A stretch of 56,903 nucleotides of DNA from a virus (lineage: Duplodnaviria > Caudoviricetes), in the IMG/VR virus record IMGVR_UViG_3300035670_000254, positions 1-56,903 of that record. One strand, given 5' to 3'. The position numbers were made by a program, and so were the translations under genes. Below, one piece after another: positions 49,052 to 56,903 of this stretch (its first letter is position 1; each line of letters begins with the position of its first letter). The notes beneath the pieces are model-generated. The model ran no database searches. It was not told the DNA's origin and saw only the letters and a program-made list of their open reading frames with translations.

Positions 49052-49360
49052 ATGAAGATCGAAGGTCAGACCGAGAATTATATCTGTGCGGATGGTAAGT
49101 TCTTCACGCTCTATGATTATGATGAGAAGGGCGCTGCGCTCTACCGTCAGATCGAGTGTTACCTTCCCGCCGCAGAGGGCACGTATGGCGAGCCGCTGGC
49201 TGTTACTATGCAGCGCAAGCTCAACGCATTTGAGCAAGGAAAGGACTGGCGCTGGGCCATTGGTTCAACAGGGTCGCTCCTTACGGCGCGCTACCAGGTG
49301 CGGGAAAGCGACGGCGAGCTGGTTTCGCTGCTGACGTTGAGCGGAGGCATGAAGAAGTGA
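49052..49360 (+). CDS. Hypothetical protein
   Basis: GGAGGAG SD before ATG at 49052. Confidence 0.5.
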   Translation: MKIEGQTENYICADGKFFTLYDYDEKGAALYRQIECYLPAAEGTYGEPLAVTMQRKLNAFEQGKDWRWAIGSTGSLLTARYQVRESDGELVSLLTLSGGMKK

Positions 49361-49673
49361 GCGCCAAGGGCCCAGGGACGGGCCTGGATTTATTCCTGTC
49401 AATTTCAAATTTTGTAGATGAGTCGCGTTTAGCGAATTTTCAGCTACCTCCAGAAAGCCCATCCTTCCGTTACTAATACTTCGTTGCCTAATGATAGGAA
49501 GCTCATCATTCGTTGGCTCAGGATATTATGAGTTGACTACTGGTATGTCAGACGCCTGCTAATTATTTCTTTTTAAAGAGCGTGCGAATAGTTAGCCAGT
49601 CTGTCGGCGCTGTGCTATCCGTACAGCTATTATAATTTGAACTCGTAATAATTCATAACGGAAACTATCTGAT

Positions 49674-50066
49674 AGCATTTCTTGCCACACCAACTTCAAA
49701 GTTGTGTGTTACACGCGCACGCATTCCTTATAGATGCACATCACTTCAGAAACAGCACGATTGGCCACACCAAGTATCATAGCTGATGTATAATTACTTC
49801 AACGCCGCAATACTGCGGGACTGAATAGGAGTAATATCGTGACTAAACGTTACCCGGTGGAAAACATCAACGAAGTAGTTTCTAACGGAACTGTTGAAGG
49901 TCGAGTAGTTAAGGCAGGTAATAAATACGCCATCGAAGTTCGTAGCGACAAGTGCCGCAACTGGAGCATTGACAGTTACCACGCTACCGCTTGCGATGCC
50001 TGCGAAGTGTTAGAGTCCATACTCGAATTTTTTGATTTCGGGGAATAGCACAAACGGCCACACCAA
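49674..50066 (+). promoter_or_regulatory. Three copies of AGCA-N6-GCCACACCAA in early promoter regions
   Basis: Copies start at 49674, 49754, 50047; the second is followed by TATAAT (49789). Confidence 0.6.
49839..50048 (+). CDS. Early hypothetical protein
   Basis: AGGAG SD, GTG start. Confidence 0.55.
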   Translation: MTKRYPVENINEVVSNGTVEGRVVKAGNKYAIEVRSDKCRNWSIDSYHATACDACEVLESILEFFDFGE

Positions 50067-50149
50067 GCTTCAAACGTTGTTAGATACTACTTACATCGGG
50101 CAAGCAATAGGGCTTGTCCACTAAAACAAAATTAATAAAGGATACGACC

Positions 50150-50740
50150 ATGTTTAACTTCACTAAAGTCTACAAAACCAAAGCTCAGGCCATCAACGCA
50201 ATCCGTATGAAGGCGCCGAGCCTGAACGTCGAACAGCTCGACACTGTTAAAGCCGCTGAGTTCGTATGGCCGCAGGCTGAAGGTTTCGTTGTTAACAATG
50301 CCCAGCTGAACGAGCATTACGGTTTCGCTTCTGTTGAGCAGCGTGTTGACGCAAACGCCATTGTGGACGGTAAGACCCTGGAAGCGGTAAGCGACGCCCT
50401 GGCAGAGCAGCGCGCTAAAGATGCTAAAGCTCCGAAGCTCCAGGCTCCGAGCAAGCTGGAACAGGACAAGGCAGCGGTTAAGGCTGCGAAGAAGGCCGCT
50501 AAGGCTTCCGCAGAGCCTAAAGCTCCGACCCGCTGCGAAACTAAAAACGGTGCGCGTCGCCCGCTGCGCGGCAAGACTCTGCTGGTTTGGGAAACTACCG
50601 AGCGCATGGCCGCCAACGGCGAAGTGCCTACGCTGAAGCAGGTACACGAAGAGCTCTGCAAGCTGGAGCCGGGCTTCAACAAGACTACTGCGGGCATCCA
50701 GTATTACGCTTGCAAAGCCTACAACGGCTGGACTAAGTAA
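50150..50740 (+). CDS. Ala/Lys-rich early protein; C-domain paralogous to 32624-33379
   Basis: AAGGA SD; NGARRP...VW...IQYYACKAYNG. Confidence 0.6.
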   Translation: MFNFTKVYKTKAQAINAIRMKAPSLNVEQLDTVKAAEFVWPQAEGFVVNNAQLNEHYGFASVEQRVDANAIVDGKTLEAVSDALAEQRAKDAKAPKLQAPSKLEQDKAAVKAAKKAAKASAEPKAPTRCETKNGARRPLRGKTLLVWETTERMAANGEVPTLKQVHEELCKLEPGFNKTTAGIQYYACKAYNGWTK

Positions 50741-50741
50741 G

Positions 50742-50769
50742 TTGATATTAACTGCTGTCGGTGTATAAT
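50742..50769 (+). promoter_or_regulatory. Sigma70 promoter
   Basis: TTGATA-16 bp-TATAAT. Confidence 0.6.
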
Positions 50770-50800
50770 AACTACATCGACAGCTAACTGGAGTTATGTC

Positions 50801-51082
50801 ATGGATATTAAAACTTTTATCATCTTCGCCGCCGAAGTGATTTCCGAAAACATGAACTATTTGGCGGACGCCGAAGGTTCGGAAATCCAAACTACCTTGG
50901 AACAAAACCAAGAGCTGATGGATGCCGTTAAACGTGCTGTAACGCTCGGAATGGAAAGCGCTGAGCTCATCAGCTTAACTGAGCAGCTGATGCACTGGAA
51001 CGTTGTAGCGTGGGCCGACAGCGCAGAGTTTAAACTCCACATTATGGCAACTGATTATTTCAATGAAGTGGAAGGTGTATAA
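50801..51082 (+). CDS. Acidic early hypothetical protein
   Basis: GGAG SD; Glu-rich. Confidence 0.6.
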   Translation: MDIKTFIIFAAEVISENMNYLADAEGSEIQTTLEQNQELMDAVKRAVTLGMESAELISLTEQLMHWNVVAWADSAEFKLHIMATDYFNEVEGV

Positions 51083-51345
51083 TGAGCAGAGTCATACTTA
51101 CCAAGGTGATGGCTGCATCAGCTACTAAACCAGTGCGTGTTAAAGCGCAGTCAGTTAGCGCGCAAGCTGAAGTGAAGTGGAATCACGATTTAACTGATGC
51201 TGCTAACTATCGCTATGCTGCTAATCACCTGGTGCAACAGATTAATGCAGAGCCGTACAATGCGCGCAATGGTATCAAGTGGGAAATAGTAGCAGGCGGA
51301 TTGATGCCGGACGGTAATACATACGCATTCATCATCTCCGACTGA
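51082..51345 (+). CDS. Early hypothetical protein
   Basis: Coupled to the previous stop. Confidence 0.6.
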   Translation: MSRVILTKVMAASATKPVRVKAQSVSAQAEVKWNHDLTDAANYRYAANHLVQQINAEPYNARNGIKWEIVAGGLMPDGNTYAFIISD

Positions 51346-51361
51346 AACAATCAAATCAGAA

Positions 51362-51530
51362 ATGGTTAGCTGGGCGGTCATTGCTCGGCTAACCATAAGC
51401 AAGGCAACGATACCATCGGTCATAGTACCCGACCGCAATCATTTCGGGCCTCATAGTGTACCGGGTCCGGTGTCAATCGGGATAGTATCTTGGTCCTAAA
51501 ATATCAGCAGTCAGTACCCGTCCACCCTTA
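51362..51530 (+). ncRNA. Candidate structured non-coding RNA
   Basis: Multiple GU-containing hairpins and a repeated TCATAGT(GT)ACC loop motif in a gene-free gap. Confidence 0.4.
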
Positions 51531-51663
51531 TTTTGTGCCACCTGTTTTCATTCAGACTGTATATAGGGTTTTTAGAGTTAAAATCTAGACTGATCACATT
51601 TACTCCTGTATACTGTTTTTATTGTAAGTAACCCCGCTTACATCAATCCACCACCCAATACTA

Positions 51664-51876
51664 GTGGAGCATCAAATGAAACAGAAAGTCTTTACCCCTT
51701 CCTACAAGGTTTCGCGTCACGGTAACGGTTTGTACTCCGTTTACATGTCGGGCTATAACCCCATCTATATCACTCGCGTAGAACATGGCTCTCGTAACCT
51801 CTATCACGTGAACTCAAAGTGTCCGTTGTTCCCTACGCTGCGCGATGCTGTCATGCACATTGTGTTTGGAGGATAA
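51664..51876 (+). CDS. Hypothetical protein
   Basis: GGAG SD before the internal ATG. Confidence 0.5.
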   Translation: MEHQMKQKVFTPSYKVSRHGNGLYSVYMSGYNPIYITRVEHGSRNLYHVNSKCPLFPTLRDAVMHIVFGG

Positions 51877-51877
51877 T

Positions 51878-52153
51878 GTGGATACCAAATTAACCGATGT
51901 AATGGATGCCAATAAAGGCTTCATCTTTGTTAACTCTAAAGGTCAGTATGCAGTTACTAGTCTGTCGGGCGGTTTCGGTCCTACCCGCGAAATTATCAAT
52001 TGGACGGTAGATATCAACTCCGCGACTGTTTTCCCGCACGAAGCTATGGCATGTCGTAAATTTGAGGTGCTGGCGAAATGCCAGAGTCTTAAAGTGGTCG
52101 TTAAACGCGAAGTTCTAGTGCATAACTGGAACAATGAAATGGAAGGTTCCTAA
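51878..52153 (+). CDS. Hypothetical protein
   Basis: GGAGG SD before GTG. Confidence 0.5.
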   Translation: MDTKLTDVMDANKGFIFVNSKGQYAVTSLSGGFGPTREIINWTVDINSATVFPHEAMACRKFEVLAKCQSLKVVVKREVLVHNWNNEMEGS

Positions 52154-52560
52154 TGACTTTTAAAGCTAAACGTGATCACCGCCCGCTTGAAGAGCGCCCG
52201 GCGTACATACAATTCGAAGCAAAATTCCATCAAGCGCTGTGTAAAGCGCTTCTTCAGTGCTCAAATATGGGCAACAAAAAGCGTCAGGGTTATGTTATGG
52301 GCGCTTTCCGTGAAGTTATGGCCGAATTTCACGTTTCCACTAAACAAAAGGCCAATATGTGTGTCGAATTGACGGAGGAAGAGGCCAATTTTGCTTATGC
52401 TCTGGCTAACGACCTCACAAAAGCTTATCAGGATGCCTTAATCACACTTACATCTGACGCTGAGCGCGAGCGTTACGTAAATGCGGCCCGGGTTATGTCG
52501 GGTTTGAAGGTGAAATTCATGGTCCGACGTCTTATGGGGATAGATAATGAAGTATCTTGA
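52153..52560 (+). CDS. Hypothetical protein
   Basis: Coupled ORF. Confidence 0.55.
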   Translation: MTFKAKRDHRPLEERPAYIQFEAKFHQALCKALLQCSNMGNKKRQGYVMGAFREVMAEFHVSTKQKANMCVELTEEEANFAYALANDLTKAYQDALITLTSDAERERYVNAARVMSGLKVKFMVRRLMGIDNEVS

Positions 52561-52846
52561 CTATAAAGCTCACCTTCAGTCGCAGGGCTGGGTTGTTGCC
52601 GCGCGTTATGTCGGGACAGGCGAAGAGAGTATGTGCGATATGACGCACCCTGACTGCAAATATTGGATAACTGTTAGCGTCAAAGGCGGCGAAGTAGTTG
52701 CCAGCGCCAGCATTACTCTCCGCGGCTTTATTAACATTATCTCTACGGGCGATTTTGGTTCACCCTGGAACAATAAAGCCTTCTTTACTCAAGTTCAAAG
52801 GCTTGAGAAAATCAAACTCGTAATGGGAGACTCGTTAATATTATGA
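52547..52846 (+). CDS. Hypothetical protein
   Basis: Coupled ORF. Confidence 0.55.
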   Translation: MKYLDYKAHLQSQGWVVAARYVGTGEESMCDMTHPDCKYWITVSVKGGEVVASASITLRGFINIISTGDFGSPWNNKAFFTQVQRLEKIKLVMGDSLIL

Positions 52847-53367
52847 GTAAACTGACTGATTGGATTGAAGCGCACCGGGACAACCCGGACGACGAGCTGG
52901 CTGTTCGCAACTATACGCTCAATGCTGAAATGTATGAGCGCGAATTTGCCGAAGCTGAAGCTAAAGGCATTGTTGTTGAGTGCAGCGTCTGCGGTTATCC
53001 GGAGAATCCGGAAAGCAGCTTAAACGGCGACGAGTATATCAAGCATAAGGTCTGCTTTATGTGCTGGTTCTGGTTGCATCATGTAGGGCTTAAGAACGGC
53101 CCTACCGCGCGTTCAATTATCGTTAAAGGCGTACACTACGTCGACGCTGGTAATAAGCCTAATGAACGTCATCGTTCTTTCCTGGGCTTTGGCGGCTCGA
53201 AGTGGTGGTATCGTAAGATTGGTGAAACAGACTATGTTGAAACCAATAACATGTGGCATCAGGGCACGATCCCCAAACGGTTCAACATCCCTGACACCCA
53301 CGAGTTCAAACCGTACGAACGTAAAGAGGTAAAACATGGCGGAACGAATCGCCCATTTGAAGGTTAA
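52843..53367 (+). CDS. Hypothetical protein with CxxC...CxxC (Zn-finger-like)
   Basis: CSVCG...CFMCWFW, GFGG, TNNMWHQGTIP. Confidence 0.6.
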   Translation: MSKLTDWIEAHRDNPDDELAVRNYTLNAEMYEREFAEAEAKGIVVECSVCGYPENPESSLNGDEYIKHKVCFMCWFWLHHVGLKNGPTARSIIVKGVHYVDAGNKPNERHRSFLGFGGSKWWYRKIGETDYVETNNMWHQGTIPKRFNIPDTHEFKPYERKEVKHGGTNRPFEG

Positions 53368-53542
53368 TATTGACCCGGGAGCGATGAACGATATCAAGAA
53401 GTCTTTGATGAAAGATATTGCTAGCGTCATTGAAGATGCTTACAGCGAGGGATGGGTTGACGGAATTGGTGGCGAGGATATCGACCGCGACTGGAAGAAC
53501 AGCGAAACTAAGAAAAAGCTCGACGAATTTATCAAGAGCTGA
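53336..53542 (+). CDS. Hypothetical protein
   Basis: GAGG SD. Confidence 0.5.
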   Translation: MAERIAHLKVNIDPGAMNDIKKSLMKDIASVIEDAYSEGWVDGIGGEDIDRDWKNSETKKKLDEFIKS

Positions 53543-53549
53543 CTGATTA

Positions 53550-53576
53550 AAGGGTAGACTTCGGTCTGCCCTTTTT
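53550..53576 (+). terminator. Terminator overlapping an extended -10 (TGCTATACT)
   Basis: AAGGGTAGAC-TTCG-GTCTGCCCTTTTT. Confidence 0.8.
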
Positions 53577-53611
53577 GCTATACTGTTTTCAGTCAATAAA
53601 GGAGATTGGAA

Positions 53612-54088
53612 ATGAAAGTTGTCAAAAAGAACGACATTATCGAAGGCTTGCGCAAACTCGGCTTATACGTCGAAGTAGCTAAAACCAAAGTTAAAGAATG
53701 GGAACGTATTCACGTTCACGTCGTGGTTCGCGAGACCACAAAGGAAGGCTGTCCTCTGATGCGTTACATCTGCAAAATCAGCCTTCACCATGGTTTGCTT
53801 AACACCTACACCTTCAAAGGTCTGCCTGACTATTACTGCTATGCAATTCGCCTGATGTTAGAAAAGGCCGTGATACTTAACCACATTAACTATCTGGCAC
53901 TCGGCGTGAAAGCTTACAACAATACGCTTGAGCTGAAAGAACGCGCTGACGCAGAGACCGACAAAAAGCTCAAGCACAAGGCAACACTTCATTATCATTG
54001 GGAGAAGAAAAAGAGATTTACTTCGTTGTTCACCGAGCGCTATTATGGCGGCGTCACTCCTAAAGGGAATACCCGATATGATATCTAA
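53612..54088 (+). CDS. Hypothetical basic protein
   Basis: AAGGAG SD. Confidence 0.55.
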   Translation: MKVVKKNDIIEGLRKLGLYVEVAKTKVKEWERIHVHVVVRETTKEGCPLMRYICKISLHHGLLNTYTFKGLPDYYCYAIRLMLEKAVILNHINYLALGVKAYNNTLELKERADAETDKKLKHKATLHYHWEKKKRFTSLFTERYYGGVTPKGNTRYDI

Positions 54089-54521
54089 AGAACTGAAGCA
54101 TCAGACGCAGCCCACGCCGATGAGCTGCGTTTGCACCTGCCTGGCTATGCTGATGGACTGTCCTGCACAAGAAGTGATCGATAAGTATCATCGCGATTAC
54201 TTTGAATTGCAGGTGACAGAAGTTCATCACATCCTCTCGCATGAGGGTTTCATTTACAAACAGGGCATGGCGGGCCAGGTTTTGCCGCTCCTTCCCGGGG
54301 CGCTGTATCTGCTCACTGTAGCTAGCCTTAACATCCCCGGTGGCTTGCACCAAGTGCTGGTCGATTATCGCGACGAGGCCCTCCCTGTAGTGCTGGACCC
54401 GGCGAAAGGCTATAAGGGCCGCAAGTATTACACGTTCGACACGATCGAAGCCGACAGCGTAGAGCAAGCTTTCGTGCTTTCCAGCTGGATTATTGACTAC
54501 ACTATCACTGACAGAGGTTAA
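54078..54521 (+). CDS. Peptidase C39-like cysteine protease
   Basis: HQTQPTPMSCVCTCLAM (Q...C), LHQVLVD (H), VLDP (D). Confidence 0.65.
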   Translation: MISKELKHQTQPTPMSCVCTCLAMLMDCPAQEVIDKYHRDYFELQVTEVHHILSHEGFIYKQGMAGQVLPLLPGALYLLTVASLNIPGGLHQVLVDYRDEALPVVLDPAKGYKGRKYYTFDTIEADSVEQAFVLSSWIIDYTITDRG

Positions 54522-54522
54522 T

Positions 54523-55017
54523 ATGACTGCATTGGCATGGGATGGAAAGGTATTAGCTGCTGATACACAGTACGACCAGGGCGGCCACAGAGGTCACAGC
54601 TCTAAACTGAGCGTCATCAATCACCCGATCATTGGTAAAATGATGGTCGCGCTGTGCGGTAGCGTTCGTGGCTCCAGTCTGATGATTGATCAGCTGGAAA
54701 GCAATACGGTTGCGAAAGTGAACGATTATGATGTTACTTGCGTTTACGGTATCGGCGTTGATTCCGGAAAGAATGTTTATAACATCTACGGCGATGGCTA
54801 TTGCGTAATTGAAGATAGACGCAATCGATTCATGGCGAGCGGGTCGTGCTACGAATTTCTTTATGGTGCAATGTTTGCAGGTCTCTCCGCTGGTGAAGCA
54901 ATTGAGCTCGCGATTGAACACCGTACGGACGCAGGCAACATCTGTGAAACGCTGGTTTGGTCTGAAGTCTTCAAAGGCTACGAAAATGAAAGATATCACG
55001 AAGATCCTCCCTACTAA
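54523..55017 (+). CDS. Ntn-hydrolase (HslV/proteasome-beta-like) peptidase
   Basis: N-terminal M-T-ALAWDG..LAADTQ, SKL, ASGS, GAM..G.SA.EAI..A. Confidence 0.7.
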   Translation: MTALAWDGKVLAADTQYDQGGHRGHSSKLSVINHPIIGKMMVALCGSVRGSSLMIDQLESNTVAKVNDYDVTCVYGIGVDSGKNVYNIYGDGYCVIEDRRNRFMASGSCYEFLYGAMFAGLSAGEAIELAIEHRTDAGNICETLVWSEVFKGYENERYHEDPPY

Positions 55018-55261
55018 GTTTAAAGAAAGGGCCGAGTTCAACCCTGCTGGCTATTGGAAGCTACCTGGCGAAGTTTACATTACGGATAATGATTCTATCG
55101 TCATATCTATCATTGACAGCGCAATGGACGAAACTCTCGTCATCTTTTGGGATGAAGAGCATCAGAAATGGTTCCATTACACCAACTGCTTTGGTTTGGG
55201 AGTGGGCGATGATATCGATACTGAGCGTGTTCTCCGTGAGTGGCTTGAAGCTTATCCTTAG
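54986..55261 (+). CDS. Hypothetical protein
   Basis: Coupled ORF, ATG at 54986. Confidence 0.5.
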   Translation: MKDITKILPTKFKERAEFNPAGYWKLPGEVYITDNDSIVISIIDSAMDETLVIFWDEEHQKWFHYTNCFGLGVGDDIDTERVLREWLEAYP

Positions 55262-55802
55262 GAAGGCTTGGCCGTACCTGTTAGCTATTGTGGTCACATT
55301 ACTTGCTGTGTTTTATGTCAAACATCTGTGGCATGAATCAATGCAAGAACGCTACAATGCTGGTGTTAAAGACGGCAAAGAAGCAGTGGCTGACGAATAT
55401 GCCAATAAAGCTGCTCAACTCCGTAATAATTGGGCAATTGACAAAGGTAGGCTCGAATATGAAGCGCAACAACGTATTAACGCGGCAAAAGCTGATGCTG
55501 ATAAGTCTCGTGAGTCTGCTCGCGGCTTGCAGCGAACCCTCGATCAAGTACGAAGCATCGCTGATCGAGCCGGAGTCTCTGTCGGCCCTGGCACGTCAAC
55601 CGCAAAAGCCATCAATCTGCTTGCCGACTTGCTCGAGCAATCAAACGATCGCTCAAGACAATATGCAGAGTTCGCTGATGCAGCTTATGAAGCCGGAAGA
55701 ACCTGTGAAATCCAATACGACGAAATGAGGAATCGAGTCCTTGAACAAACCAATGAACGACGCGCAAATCTTCGCGCAGGTACAGAAAGCCGGAATCAAT
55801 GA
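55209..55802 (+). CDS. i-spanin (Rz-like, DUF2514-type)
   Basis: N-terminal TM, coiled coil, LLADLL...AEFAD.A..AG.TCE.QYD. Confidence 0.8.
   Translation: MISILSVFSVSGLKLILRKAWPYLLAIVVTLLAVFYVKHLWHESMQERYNAGVKDGKEAVADEYANKAAQLRNNWAIDKGRLEYEAQQRINAAKADADKSRESARGLQRTLDQVRSIADRAGVSVGPGTSTAKAINLLADLLEQSNDRSRQYAEFADAAYEAGRTCEIQYDEMRNRVLEQTNERRANLRAGTESRNQ
55459..55728 (+). CDS. o-spanin lipoprotein (Rz1-like) embedded in the +1 frame of Rz
   Basis: MKRNN...LISLVSLLAAC lipobox; Pro-rich; CLPTCS. Confidence 0.75.
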   Translation: MKRNNVLTRQKLMLISLVSLLAACSEPSIKYEASLIEPESLSALARQPQKPSICLPTCSSNQTIAQDNMQSSLMQLMKPEEPVKSNTTK

Positions 55803-55950
55803 TCAGTACAAACGTCATCTCGAAACGCTCATCGGAATGCTTGATGACGCGCAAGATAAAGGTGATTCCGAGCTGGCAGGTTTTCTCTTCGCTTTTGCAG
55901 CGACAGCTAACGAGGTTCAAAGAAGGCGCGGTAAAGTTAAGCCACGTTAA
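55753..55950 (+). CDS. Hypothetical protein
   Basis: ORF between spanins and endolysin. Confidence 0.45.
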   Translation: MNDAQIFAQVQKAGINDQYKRHLETLIGMLDDAQDKGDSELAGFLFAFAATANEVQRRRGKVKPR

Positions 55951-56011
55951 TTGACCACCTCTTCAAAAGCCTGTAGCCTTACCCTTGTCATTCACGAGAA
56001 GGAGTAGGGCT

Positions 56012-56449
56012 ATGGCTCAATTACCTCGCGGTATCCGCAACAATAACCCTGGTAACATTCGTTGGTCTAACGACCAGTGGAAGGGATTAATTCCTAAAGA
56101 TCAAGCCAGCGATAAATCGTTCTGTGTTTTTCGCTCACCTGAATATGGCATTCGTGCCATGGTTCGCATCATCCGCAATTATACCAAATATGCGGGCATC
56201 CCTGGCGTCGGTAACTCGAAAATCGATACCGTTCGTGAAGTGATTTCACGTTGGGCACCGCCGAACGAGAACAACACCGAAGCCTATATCCAAAGTGTCG
56301 CTAACAAATTGGGTGTTTCGGCTAACGCTCCCATAGATGTTTTCGATAATGCCACTATGGTTGTACTACTGAAGGCAATTATCGCGCATGAGAATGGACA
56401 GCAGCCTTATACTGACGCCCAACTGATGGCTGGCATCAATTTAGCATAA
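56012..56449 (+). CDS. Endolysin (lysozyme-like, RGIRNNNPGN family)
   Basis: RGIRNNNPGNIR, F.SPEYGIRA, RWAPPNENNT..Y, IIAHENG. Confidence 0.85.
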   Translation: MAQLPRGIRNNNPGNIRWSNDQWKGLIPKDQASDKSFCVFRSPEYGIRAMVRIIRNYTKYAGIPGVGNSKIDTVREVISRWAPPNENNTEAYIQSVANKLGVSANAPIDVFDNATMVVLLKAIIAHENGQQPYTDAQLMAGINLA

Positions 56450-56461
56450 GGAAAAATCCAG

Positions 56462-56809
56462 ATGCTTTTTACGCCGGACCCAAAGTGGGATTGGTTGAAG
56501 ATTCTCTTCGTAACCATCCTGGCATTCTTAGGCGGTTCTCTGGGCTACACGATGCGAACGCTTGATGCGAACGAGAAGCTCGTATGGTGGCGAGTTTTTC
56601 TTGAAGGCCTCAGTGCGGTATTTTTCGCGGTCATCACCGGAATGATCTGCATGGAACGCGGCATCTCATTCGGATGGGCAAGCGCCTTAATTGGCGCTAG
56701 TTCATGGATTGGGTCTAGAGCAACATTCATTTTGATCCGGGCGGTGGCATTTAAGAAGTTAGGTATCGATCCGGAGAAGCGTAATGAATCTAATACTACG
56801 CGAGATTAA
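56462..56809 (+). CDS. Holin (LydA-like, three TM)
   Basis: Three hydrophobic segments, charged C-terminus, follows the endolysin. Confidence 0.7.
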   Translation: MLFTPDPKWDWLKILFVTILAFLGGSLGYTMRTLDANEKLVWWRVFLEGLSAVFFAVITGMICMERGISFGWASALIGASSWIGSRATFILIRAVAFKKLGIDPEKRNESNTTRD

Positions 56810-56903
56810 GGAACTATGGGAAAGGCCACGTTTGCTGATGCAATATGTGGTCTTAAACTTTTTCTTGGTTTCAGTTGGTGTCGCCGCTGTTGTCTATGTC
56901 AAA
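56777..56903. repeat. Second copy of the 127-bp terminal overlap
   Basis: Exact match to 1-127. Confidence 0.9.

Overview
The window is an essentially complete genome (~56,776 bp unique) of a long-tailed dsDNA siphophage of enterobacteria. Bases 1-127 recur exactly at 56777-56903, most likely a k=127 assembly overlap. Layout: + strand head and tail morphogenesis (399-22001); a - strand replication and DNA-modification arm (22630-48262); an AT-rich, repeat-laden divergence zone (48262-49800); then + strand early genes and lysis (49839-56809, wrapping to 8-319). The - strand arm encodes PolB, a beta-clamp-like protein, DpdA plus a second TGT-fold protein, folE/queD/queC/queE, a YhhQ/VUT transporter, SF2 helicase, Cas4-like nuclease, SSB, Sak4, ligase, RNase H, dUTPase, resolvase and primase-helicase. 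This content resembles 7-deazaguanine-modifying Queuovirinae-type phages (9g/CAjan-like). No integrase or repressor is recognisable, so the phage looks virulent. Highlights: tandem transglycosylase-like genes; a helicase ending in an SSB-Ct mimic (PFDEDIPF); a captured prophage right end (fibre, Tfa, arm-type repeats and the thrW att core); an SGNH esterase next to the capsid gene; shared N-terminal leaders on scaffold and capsid; CsrA-type hairpins in the que operon; and a candidate structured ncRNA at 51362-51530. All product calls come from motif recognition by eye and gene context; no database searches were run.
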